From the NCBI GenBank assembly GCA_951406725.2, contig OX597814.1, forward strand, positions 208,754,001 to 208,818,000: 64,000 nt of DNA, given 5' to 3'. Shown one piece after another: positions 52,865-64,000 of this stretch. Within the stretch, counting starts at the first letter, position 1; each line of letters opens with the position of its first letter. A program made the position numbers and the translations under genes. This DNA is from Octopus vulgaris (Eukaryota). The notes below the pieces were generated by a model that saw nothing but the letters and a program-made list of their open reading frames with translations, ran no database searches and was not told the DNA's origin.

Positions 52865-53760
52865 ACGATGTTGTCGCAAAAACAATTTACAATGCCATGA
52901 GAAAAAAAGACTGTCCTGAAATAAACTTAGAAAATCCCTCTGTTATGGAATACATTCATAAACACCAATTTAAGGAATACTGGTGGAATATTCCCATCAA
53001 AACTTCTGTCAAATGTCGACATAACAGGCTGGATATTGTTGTTTGGGACAGAGGGGCATAGGTATGTTCCGTCATAGAGGCCCTGCAGATATAAATATCT
53101 CTTTAAAAATCAAAGGAAAAGGGGATATCTGTGGACAACTGATTCGAAACCTCCAGCTTCTATATCCAGACTATGAATTCATACTCATACCAATAATAAT
53201 TGGAACACTAGGTTTTATTAGTAAATGCTCAAAGGAGAATCTGGATAAACTGGGATTTTCAGAAAGAGAAATCGGCCGGCTAATTCGTACATTACAAGTG
53301 CAATCTGTGAGTGGAACAGTAAAAATATGCAAGACTTTTCTCAAGTTCCAAACGTGAATTTGTCTGTTAACTACATCTCAAAGACAGAGCGTTGTATCTT
53401 TGTTGGAAGCCGACTCCCTCCTCAGTGGAAGATATATCTTTATATATAAAAGTGAAGTTGTGTGTCTGTCTCCTACGATTTAGATTCCTAACTACTCCCA
53501 CATTTTGCGGTGCAGTTTAACCAAAAGCGGGTATCTTATAGTCGTGATTCATATTGAGCCCTTCTGGGTATTAGCGTGCGTCTACGATGAGTCTACGATT
53601 AAAAAAAAAATTTACCATCATTTTTTTCCCATTTTTAATGCATTTTTTTGCTATTATATAAGGGAAGTAACTCTCTAAAAATGCTTATATAGTTATTTCC
53701 CTTACAAACCCGAGCAACGCTGGGCGATACTGCTAGTAATAATTAAAAAAATAGAAGAGA
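52865..53760 (+). mobile_element. Second, divergent R4/Dong-like LINE 3' end in (CATA)n, interrupted by a Helitron-like element
   Basis: DVVAKTIYNAMR..EYWWNIPIKT..HNRLDIVVWDR, then PADINISLK..QLIRNLQLLYPDYEFILIPIIIGTLG (ORF 53043-53357). Flanked by CATA/TACG repeats. Confidence 0.75.
53437..53736 (+). mobile_element. Non-autonomous Helitron-like element
   Basis: 5' TC, 3' CTAG, inserted between A and T, no TSD, GC-rich subterminal segment. The 3' ~70 bp is shared with 39596-39967. Confidence 0.8.
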
Positions 53761-54028
53761 CATACATATATACATACACACACAGGCATACATTCGTATG
53801 TATGTATTATATGTACCAAGTTCCCATAACATTTACTCTTTATTTTATACGAAAATCTGAATAAATTACACTAGTCAAGGGAATCCCAATATTTGGAATA
53901 TGGATACTTGCTATCTTTTATTCTTTCAACTTTCCTTTAACTTTAGCTTCTTCATCATTCAAATCTGGCTGTCAGATTGAAAAGATCCCATACATACATA
54001 CACACACAAACATGTGTGTGTATCTATC

Positions 54029-54071
<43 letters not shown>

Positions 54072-54075
54072 GTCT

Positions 54076-54106
<31 letters not shown>

Positions 54107-54848
54107 CATGCATTCATGCTTACGTACATACATGGGTACGGTATATCTATATGCCTATGTGTATAATAGATTGTGCAATTGTTTGTGTAGTGTGAGGTAA
54201 GAATTCAATCATTCTTATTAACTCTTTGGCTGATCCGTGAAACTGATTCTCTCACATCAAATGTTTCCCAATGCGTTCCAATGCAGCAATCCGATTTTCT
54301 CGCTTCTCTGTCTCTCTATGTTTAATTAACTTCTTTGCTTTTGATACCCAATTTTCACTTTTCGCGTGATTCTAAGTAAATTTGCACACAGGTGAATAAC
54401 ACAGCAGCAGGTATATAATACGGACCTTTTATAATATACTTGCTTTTGAGATTTGAAATCTGTCTTTCATAAATAGATGAGTCAATATTGAAGAATAAGG
54501 ATAATTTGCTTAGTTCAACAGTCTTAAACATTTCATGAGGATTTTGCGAATGAAATATTCTTCTTTTGTGTTTGACTTAATTTTAAAAATAATCAAGTAT
54601 TTGGAAAGAATTAGTAAAATAACTAACTTTTGTTATTAGGAAGGTAAAGGCGGTGATCTGACGAAACCATTAACACGCTGGATATAATTTTTAGTGGCTT
54701 ATCTTCCGATTTTTTACGTTCCGTGTTCAAATTCCGCCAATGTCTTTTTTGCCTTTCATCATTTCAGAGTTGATGACATAGGTACCAGTTGAGCACTGAG
54801 GCTGATGTAAGTGACTACCCGCTCCTCCAAAATTTCAGTTTTTATGCC

Positions 54849-55012
54849 CAGGGCTGGCTCAAGGTACCGACAACTCGGGCAGTCGTCTGGGGCGCCATGT
54901 GCTAGGTGGTGCCAAGGAGGGCGTGACAAAGACAAAGAAATTCCACGACTGTCATCTTGTACAGGCCGAAGATCAGCTTGCCCAGGGTACCACAACCCTA
55001 GGGCCGGCCCTG
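54849..55012. mobile_element. GC-rich hAT-like MITE nested in an old family-D SINE
   Basis: TIRs cagggctggc / gccggccctg and 8-bp TSD tttatgcc / cttatgcc. Confidence 0.8.
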
Positions 55013-55436
55013 CTTATGCCTATAGAAGAAATAATTATTAAGATGTTAAGAACATTACTTAAGAATCCAGCAAGAGGCTTTTTATGCAGCTGATCAAATG
55101 CACCAAAAGATCTAAGACATAGCGCCTTCAGCGTAGCATTTACTGTTTTAGATAACGAAAAGACGTGCTAGATAATGTACACCAACATATTGTTAAAGCA
55201 GGGTGGTCTTAGCTGGAATGTCTTTGGTCGTAGATCTGTTTCATTAGCGTTAACGTGAAACAAAACAAGAGCAACAGCAGGAAAAGAAAATGTTTTTATG
55301 TTTTTTATCTTTTACTTATTGCAGTCAGTAGACTGCGCCTATGCTGGGGCATCACCTCGAAATGTATATATTTAAATTTGGAAGGAATCGCCATCAAAGC
55401 CTTTGATGTGAAAGGTAAATGAACCCATTCACTGTT

Positions 55437-55625
55437 GGGCGAATTGCGTAGCCGTATTTCGTCTGCCGTTACGTTGTGAGTTCAAATTCCGCCGAGGTCG
55501 ACTTTGCCTTTCATCCTTTCGGGGTCGATAAATTAAGTACCAGTTATGCACTGGGGTCAATATAATCGACTTAATCCCTTTGTCTATCCCCTCTATGTTT
55601 AGCCCCTTGTGGGCAATAAAGAAAT
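55437..55625 (+). mobile_element. Family-D SINE, 5' truncated monomer
   Basis: Same domain and aataaagaaata tail. Confidence 0.85.
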
Positions 55626-56118
55626 ATATCTATCTATCTATCGATTGATCAATCAATCGATATATCTGTGTGTCTGTCTGTCTATCTCCTCCTACTCTCT
55701 CTCTCCTCCCTCCCGCTCTCTCTCTAGCTAATTATCTATCTATCTAGCCCGAAAAAAGAAAAAAAAGAATACATTATCTTTGTTTTTATAAGTAATGTCT
55801 CTACTGCGTTTCTAATTAAAAAGAAGACCCAAAATAATATTATCATGATTCAAATAAAGGGATCTTTTCTGTTTATCTTCACTTTTTGAAATTTAAAAAT
55901 CAAGTGAAAATTTTTTTGATTTGGAATATTGATGTAATTTTTCTCACTGAATCTGATGATGTTATTCACTTGTTCCAGAAAAATTTTAGGAAAATGTTAC
56001 AGAGGTTTAAAGTTTTATAATTTTTATCCAATCAGAAAACAGGATTTGGAAGCTTGCATTTTGTGCGTGATGACAACATTACTACGACAAAACATTCAAC
56101 GATGGAAATTTTAAGACG

Positions 56119-56332
56119 TTTTACTCTTTTACTTGTTTCAGTCATTTTACTGCGGCCATGCTGGAGTACCGCCTTTAGTCGAGCAAATCGACCCCGGGAC
56201 TTATTCTTTGTAAGCCCAGTACTTATTCTTTGTAAGCCCAGTACTTATTCTATCGGTCTCTTTTGCTGAACCGCTAAGTGACGGGGACATAAACACACCA
56301 GCATCGGTTGTCAAGCAATGCTAGGGAGACAA

Positions 56333-56376
<44 letters not shown>

Positions 56377-56540
56377 GACAGGCTTCTTTCAGTTTCTGTC
56401 TACCAAATCCACTCACAAGGCTTTGGTCGACCCGAGGCTATAGCAGAAGACACTTGCCCAAGATGCCACGCAGTGGGACTGAACCCGGAACCATGTGGTT
56501 GGTTAGCAAGCTACTTACCACACAGCCACTCCTGCGCCTA
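56119..56540 (-). mobile_element. Family-A SINE with a short internal tandem duplication
   Basis: acttattctttgtaagcccagt is repeated twice. Confidence 0.9.
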
Positions 56541-56902
56541 TGGAGATGTTTTAATAAGTTTTAATATGAAATGTTCGAACAGGCATGTAATGCAAAAAAT
56601 TACCAAAAAGAAAAAAAGAAAAACTGAAACTTAAAGTTAAATTACGGAAAAACGAAAGTTTGTGATGCACTTTGGGAGTTAGCCAAATAAATTACAATCT
56701 TCGGTGGAATTCTGGCTTCGACACTCCATATAACCCCTCATAACTTTATTATTTTTTGGAAATTTTAGAAAACTTTTGCAAATTTGTATTCTATACCCAG
56801 GTTATTCATGCGAAAAAATTTTATTGTTTAACTCTCCCATCCCATAAATCCTAAAAGTTCCTCTCTTTTCTGAATATTTTCAAAAATCAGAGTTTAAAAT
56901 AC

Positions 56903-57730
56903 AGAGGTGCAGGTGCGGCTGTGTGGTAAGTAGCTTGCTTACCAACCACATGGTTCAGGGTTCATTCCACTGCGTAGCACCTTGGGCAAGTGTCTTCTAC
57001 TATAGCCTCGAGCCGACCTAAGCCTTGTGAGTGGATTTGGTAGATGGAGACTGAAAGCCCGTTGTGTCTGTTTATGTGCCTGTGTTTGTTCCCCCAACAT
57101 GGCTTGACAACCGATGCTGGTGTGTTTACGTCCCTGTAACTTAGTGGTTCAGCAAAAGAGATCGATAGAATAAGTACTAGGCTTACAAAAAATAAGTCCT
57201 GGGGTTGATTTGCTTGACTAAAGGTGGTGCTCCAGCATGGCCACAGTCAAATGACTGAAATAAGTAAAAGAGCAAAAGCGAGTAAGTCCAAATTCTTTTG
57301 CTTAAATTCAGGCGCAGGAGTGGCTGTGTGGTAAGTAGCTTGCTTACCAACCACATGGTTTTGGGTTCAGTCCCACTGCATGGCATCTTGGGCAAGTGTC
57401 TTCTGCTATAGCCTCGGGCCGACCAAAGCCTTGTGAGTGGATTTGGTAGACAGAAACTGAAAGAAGCCCGTCGTATATATGTATATATATGTGTGTGTGT
57501 GTGTGTGTGTGCGTGTATGTTTGTGTGTCTGTGTTTGTCCCCCTAACATTGCTTGACAACTGATGCTGGTGTGTTTATGTCCCCGTCACTTAGCGGTTCG
57601 GCAAAAGAGACCGATAGAATAAGTACTGGGCTTACAAAGAATAAGTCCTGGGGTCGAGTTGCTTGACCAAAGGCGGTGCTCCAGCATGGCCGCAGTCAAC
57701 TGACTGAAACAAGTAAAAGAGTAAAGAGTA
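56903..57730 (+). mobile_element. Two head-to-tail family-A SINEs (56903-57283 and 57310-57730)
   Basis: Two complete copies separated by about 25 bp. Confidence 0.9.
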
Positions 57731-59159
57731 ATGGACTACCCTCAGGCGAATCATCATTCTACTTAATTTGTTTATGAGGAGATAAATGTTGAAAAACATC
57801 AATACACATCACAGTGACAAAGAAACGTGGAAGATGTCAGGTGGTTGTGAGACATGCTAAAAGTAACAGCTAAATCGCCCTTGAATCACGCATGATTTTT
57901 TTTTTTTTTTGCATTATCGTATGAATTCTCGTGTGTCAAACACAAATGAGCAAACATTTTCTAAAAATTCCTAAAAATAAAAAAAAGTTACGAGTGGTTA
58001 TATGAGGTGTTTAAACCAGAATTCTGGCAAATTTTCGTATCTCCTGCACCAGATGAACTCGCAGAGATATGAGTCAACTATAGAATAGTGGGTCCCACAG
58101 AGACAGCAAGAGACAAATAAAAGCAGGGAGAACATGAAACAGCTTTTTATTTATTAATTTATGGTGAAAATGAATTCCATTTCCATAATTAGCATACAAA
58201 ATTTCATCAACAAACCATGTTTGAAATTAATTGGAATAAAATTGGAGTTGAAAAGTGAAAGCCAAATAGAAAAGTTCCAAATACAGTTTGGCTCTATTCA
58301 GAAGTTGTTCAATTTTGGCTGAAATGCAAATTTGTAGTTAAATATTTATGACTTAAAGAGAAGTTTGTTCATTGTTATGAAATAAACAGATTGTTTAATT
58401 GAAACTATAATAATTGCTGATATAAATGTTACTTGGTGGTTGGTTGATGTTTCCAGTCACGCTTTACAATGTAGAGAGAGAGAAAGAGAGAGTAAAAGAG
58501 ATACGGAGAGAGTTCACATAAAAGGTGCGGGATGAGATTTGGTGGCATGCATTGAATAAGGAACACCATAAACTCACAAAATACCATACACTGACAAAAT
58601 AGAGAGAGAGAGAGAGGATGAGTAAAAGCGCAACCGCTCAGAACAGTTAAAGTATAGAAAATATAGTTGAAATAAACGTTATGAAACAAAGCAGAGGGAG
58701 TAAAATGGAGAGTGAGAGGGAGAGAACCTAGGGGAAGAAATGATAGGTTGAGGAGAGAATGCAGGGGAGAAAGTGATAGGAGAGGAAAGAGACATTCAAT
58801 TATAAATATATTGTGGAAGAAATTAAAGCATGTCATATTTAAAAAGTTATTTGAAAAGCAATGAAAATGGCGCAATAAAGACGAAAATTATAAATTGTAA
58901 AGGTATTTAAAGAGTTGAAAATGTAAAGTTATGACAAGTTTTATAGAGCTGAGTAAAATATATATTGTATCAATGAAAACAAAGAAATATGCTTTTATTA
59001 GGTGAAGTGGGAATAAATATAGACACACTAAAAGAATGTATGTATGTGACTGAGAGAGATGGGGTGGAGATGTGTCTAGGTGAACATAGACACACATAAT
59101 ATATAAACATACACACAGATATACATACATACTCGCACACACACACATATATACATACG

Positions 59160-59524
59160 TATTCTTTTCTACTCTTGGCACAAGACCCGGAATTTTTGGA
59201 GAGGGGGCCAGTCAATTACACAGGCCCCAGTATGCAATTGGTACTTAATTTATCGGCCCCAAACTTGGAATGTAAGGACAGACGAAATACCTATTTCTTT
59301 ACTTCCCACAAGGGGCTAAACACAGAGGGGACAAACAACGACAGACAAACGGATTAAGTCGATTACATTGATCCCAGTGCGTAACTGGTACTTAATTTAT
59401 CGACCCCGAAAGGATGAAAGGCAAAGTTGACCTCGGCAGAACTTGAACTCAGAACGTAACAGCAGATGAAATACCGCTGAGCATTTAGCCTGGCATGCTA
59501 ACGTTTCTGCCAGCTCGCCACCTT
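59160..59524 (-). mobile_element. Family-D SINE followed by an older D-like body
   Basis: Monomer 59524-59292, then the same junction, then a different 3' tail. Confidence 0.8.
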
Positions 59525-59733
59525 AATACACATATTAATTTAAAAGTAATAAATATTTTCTTTTGAAAATTAGCATTCATTTCAACATTTTGTATAAGCA
59601 TCAATAAATTTCATAGAAGTTAAATCATTATTATTGTGTGCATGCCATATTTCCTAATATTACCCATGGTGACAAAAATACATTTCGAAAGTTACCCACT
59701 GTATGACAGGTAACAATCTAGTATCATTTATAA

Positions 59734-60185
59734 CTAGAAGAACCCGTGGGAAATACCATAGCTATTTTGAAAATTGTAAGGTGGAATTGTATATTTTTAT
59801 GAAACATTTGACTCTTGAGATGGTGTCTATGAAAGCTATATTATTCTTACGCTGTCTATTGTGTAAGTTATTATCTATTATTTTTCACTTTATGTCAAGA
59901 AGTAGTGTTGATTGTTGTAGTGTTTTCCACTTTGCATTTCCTTCCGTATACACACACACTCTCTCTCTCTCATTCTGTTTATCTTTCCTCTCAACTATCC
60001 TTCATTACTCTGTGCTAAACATGTTTTCTCTCTGTCTCTATCTCTCTAACTTTTCCTTCAACATAATAGCAATCCCTTTCCCTTAGCTCTCACCACTAAC
60101 ACACTTCTCTCTCTCTCTCTTTTCGTCTGTTGAACTTACCACATGACAGCATTACACATTTGGTCTTAGCGTATTGATATTTAGA
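59734..60185 (-). mobile_element. Older Helitron-like element
   Basis: A|TC start, CTAG|T end and an imperfect subterminal hairpin. Confidence 0.5.
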
Positions 60186-60766
60186 TTACTATAAACTTAC
60201 TATGTATAGAATAAATTCTCCCTTTTACGCAAGTAAAACGTTTGAACGACTAATTAAATCAGCAACAAATGCTTCTCATATCAAATTGATGTAAATAATT
60301 TTGAATAAAATACGAACTCTTTAAAATGATATGTTTTATATCATAGAAACAGAGATGGTCTTTGGTGGGTTGACAACAAAGATTAATTCTAATACAATGG
60401 AATACATTTGTATTAATATTCCACCATTATTTACAAGCTCACTTAAGTAGCCTATAAAACTTCAGATCTCATTGGCTTCTATAAGTGTTGTTAATAGTAC
60501 AAAAGTCTGCTTTGACTGAACAGACCTCTAATCAAAGGCATGCTATCCATGGCCAATCCATATTAATATATATATATATAGATGATTAAATTGTCTGTGT
60601 AATATTTAATTAGAATAACAGGGAATGGTTTGAAGGGAGATTTGAATTTTCAATAAGTCTACATCTATGTGGCTTAATCGTTGGTTTATTTTTACAGCTT
60701 TTAACCCTTTAGTGTTCACATTATTCTGCCAAAATTAATGCTTTTTTATCCACATTGTTTTGAACT

Positions 60767-61295
60767 ATCATCATCATCATCATCATTTAGCATCCGTTTT
60801 CCATGCTAGCATGGGTTGGACGGTTCAACTGGGGTCTGTGAAGCCAGAAGGCTGCATCAGGCCCAGTCTGATCTGGCAGTGTTTCTACGGCTGGATGCCC
60901 TTCCTAACGCCAACCACTCCGCGAGTGTAGTGGGTGCTTTTTACGTGCCACCTGCACAGGTGCCAGGCGAGGCTGGCATCGGCCATGGTCGGATTGGTGC
61001 ATTTTACGTGCCACCGGCATGGAAGCCAGTCGAGGCGGCACTGGCTTCGGCCACGATTTGGATGGTGCTTTTTACGTGCCACCAACACAGAAGCCAGTCG
61101 AGGCGGCGCTGGCATCGGCCACGATTCGGATAGTGCTTTTTACGTATCTCCAGTCCAGGGGTCCTGGCATCTGCCAGGTGCCAGTCATAGGATTGGTTCA
61201 ATTTCGATTCCGATTTCACTTGTCCCAACAGGTCTTCGCAAGCAAAGGGGGGTTGGTATTGGTGCCTGTCGTCGGATGAGGTTCGATATCGACTT
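60767..61295 (-). mobile_element. Family-B SINE-like element
   Basis: (CAT)n, core and about four internal units. Confidence 0.9.
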
Positions 61296-61889
61296 CTATA
61301 TATATAGATGATTAAATTGTCTGTGTAATATTTAATTAGAATAACAGGGAATGGTTTGAAGGGCGATTTGAATTTTCAATAAGTCTACATTTATGTGGCT
61401 CAATCGTTGGTTTATTTTTACAGCTCTTAAGTGATGTTTAGAACTGAATAGTTGCTGCTTATCTTACTCCACTTTAAACCAAAAAAGTTGCTTAGGATTC
61501 GATAACATAAGAACCAGACTAAAATTAATGTCGTGGGTGGATATGATTGGCTAAAACCCTCGAGAATGGTTCCCCAACATGACTTCAGCTCAATGACTGA
61601 AACCAATAAAAGAATAGATTCAATAGTGAAATATTACATCATTCTGTGCACACAAAGTTTTAAAGATCCAATTTTGTACCTACAATGCAAAAATCCAAGC
61701 TCAGCATCGAAATAGTAGAATTAGAGCAATGGATAAAATGCCTTGTGGTATTTGTTCCAGCTCTATCTTATACATTCTGATTTCTTGGAAGGAGAAACTT
61801 AATTCATTGCTCATTTGAAAAGTATCACAAGGTCCTTGGGTTGCTTTTAGCAGAGTCCTCTCTTTTGCAATTTTTGAGTTAGATCTCTT

Positions 61890-62516
61890 CATCATCATCA
61901 TCGTTTAACGTCCATTCTCCATGCTAGCATGGGTTGGACAGTTCGACTGGGGATCTGGGAAGCCAGAAGGCTGCACCAGGCTCCAGTCTGATCTAGCAGT
62001 GTTTCTACAGCTGGATGCCCTTCCTAACACCAACCACTCCGTGAGTGTAGTGGGTGCTTTTTACGTGCCACCTGCACAGGTGCCAGGCGAGGCTGACAAT
62101 GGCCATGATCGGATTGGTGCATTTTACGTGCCACCGGCACGGTAGCCAGTCGAGGCGGCACTGGCATCGGCCACGATTCGGATGGTGCCTTTTACGTGCC
62201 ACCGGCATGGAAGCCAGTCGAGGCGACGCTTGCATTGGCCACGATTCGGATAGCGCTTTTTACGTACCACCGGCACGGAAGCCAGTCTAGGCGGCGCTGA
62301 CATCGGTCACCTTCAGATGGTGCTGTTTACGTGTCACTGGCTCAGGGATCACAACTGCAGTTTCCATTGATTTTGATGTTGGTGTACTTGACTCAATGGA
62401 TCTCCTCAAGCACAGGGTCGAAATGGTGTTTCTACACTTGCCACCTGCACAGGAGTCAGTCCAGCAGTCCTGGCAACTGCCGGGTGCCAGTTATAGGATT
62501 GGTTCAATTTCGATTC
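61890..62516 (-). mobile_element. Family-B SINE-like element
   Basis: (CAT)n, core and five to six internal units. Confidence 0.9.
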
Positions 62517-62754
62517 TGAGGAAAAACCAAAACCACTCCCTTTCTCACACACCTCGGAGGCCATACAAAAGAAAAAGAGAAAAAAAAAAAATCTTGTTGT
62601 TTTGACCTCCCCACCAAAACTAAAAGCAAACAATAAAACGAACATGTTGAATAAGAAATATACAGAATGGTCACCACTGGAATGCTTTTGATCTAAAGTT
62701 TACTTGACCAAGACTGACCTGGAGCTAAAACAGAACAATAACCATATCTGTGAT

Positions 62755-63150
62755 ACTCTTTACTCTTTTACTTGTTTCAGTCATTTGACTGCGGCCATGC
62801 TGGAGCACCACCTTTAGTCAAGCAAATCGACCCCGGGACTTATTCTTTTTGTAAGCCCAGTACTTATTCTATCGGTCTCTTTTTGCCGAACCGCTAAGTG
62901 ACGGGGGCGTAAACACACCAGCATCGGTTGTCAAGCAATGACAGGGGAACAAACACAGACACACAAACATACATATATATATATACATATATACGACAGG
63001 CTTCTTTCAGTTTCCGTCTACCAAATCCACTCACAAGGCATTGGTTGGCCCGGGGCTATAGCAGAAGACACTTGCCCAAGATGCCACGCAGTGGGACTGA
63101 ACCCGGAACCATGTGGTTGGTTAGCAAGCTACTTACCACACAGCCACTCC
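62755..63150 (-). mobile_element. Family-A SINE
   Basis: Family-A consensus. Confidence 0.9.
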
Positions 63151-63800
63151 AGTGATGTCCACTTTTAGTAATTGTTTTATTAATGAATTACAAAAAAAAA
63201 AAAATGCTAGGTGATCTTTTGTTTTAAGTATCCATAAAGTGAATGACCAAACAAATTTAACACAAGTCAGTAGTCAGAAACTCAGTAATAAAGTGAAATT
63301 GAACTCTAAAATAGTTGACCTGTTAACTGTTGCTTTTGTACCGACACTGATCTGCTAGGTAACAAATAGTTTTCTGTTCTGCGAGAGAAAAGCTTTTTAA
63401 GGTGAGGCAGTGGGGTGCACGAAACTCAGATAAAAATCATGTTTAATGCTTCGAGGTTTGGAGATGTTGGATATGCCAGCATATCCAACTCCTCCAAACC
63501 TCTTTTCCATTTGAACTTAACTAATGTAATTCACCAACAGTTTTGATTTATTAAAGCATACAGCTGAATTATTAATGTTATATTATAAAAGAAAAGCTGA
63601 TCTCTCTCTGTCTGTCCATCACAGCATCTATATAAAGGAAGGGAAGGAGAGCAAAAAGGGAGATAACGTCTGTCACAATGTATATACAAGGAGGGAAGAA
63701 AGGGAGAGAAAAAGTTGTTGTTGAGAAATAAATACAGTGGGAGAGAGAGAGAGAGAGAGAGAGAGGAAAGAGAGTGAGAGAAGAATTTTTATGACTTTCT

Positions 63801-64000
63801 CATCATCATCATTGTTTAACATCCGTTTTCCATGCTAGCATGGGTTAGACCGTTCAACTGGGGTCTGGGAAGCCAGGAGGCTGCGCCAGGCCCAGTCTGA
63901 TCTGGCAGTGTTTCTACAGCTGGATGCCCTTCATTACGCCAACCACTCCGAGAGTGTAGTGGGTGCTTTTTATGTGCCACCTGCACAGGTGCCAGACGTG
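63801..64000 (-). mobile_element. Family-B SINE-like element (runs off the window)
   Basis: (CAT)n tail and core. Confidence 0.9.

Noticed and set aside
55857-56866. Possible TIR DNA transposon surrounding the SINE at 56119
   Set aside because: Terminal similarity is weak, with no clear TSD or coding remnant.

Overview
Repeat-dominated animal genomic DNA, not prokaryotic. The SINE, LINE and microsatellite content is what I recognise from coleoid cephalopods, most likely Octopus (inference). One host gene is recognisable: the 5' end of an ARL5-like small GTPase on the minus strand. It has a probable promoter and non-coding first exon at about 38.3-38.9 kb and a 46-nt first coding segment (MGFLFSKLWSLFTNE) at 33166-33211. 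I could not find its later exons, which probably lie left of the window. About 9.8 kb (18673-28429 vs 28530-38392) is present twice, either side of a 100-N gap, most likely as two uncollapsed haplotypes, so the coding exon also appears at 23306-23351. The rest is mobile DNA: at least four SINE-like families, RTE, CRE and two R4/Dong-type LINE remnants, Tigger and mariner relics, Helitron-like and MITE elements, Penelope-like fragments and microsatellites. The best leads are all hypotheses: (1) a junction-created in-frame uORF whose single UAG could be recoded by A-to-I editing; (2) hammerhead-like motifs in terminally redundant retrozyme-like units; (3) R4/Dong elements on two different microsatellite targets, plus a TAA-targeted non-coding passenger; (4) a nearly perfect 9x66-bp amplification of a transposase catalytic motif. 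Repeat boundaries were read by eye and are approximate.
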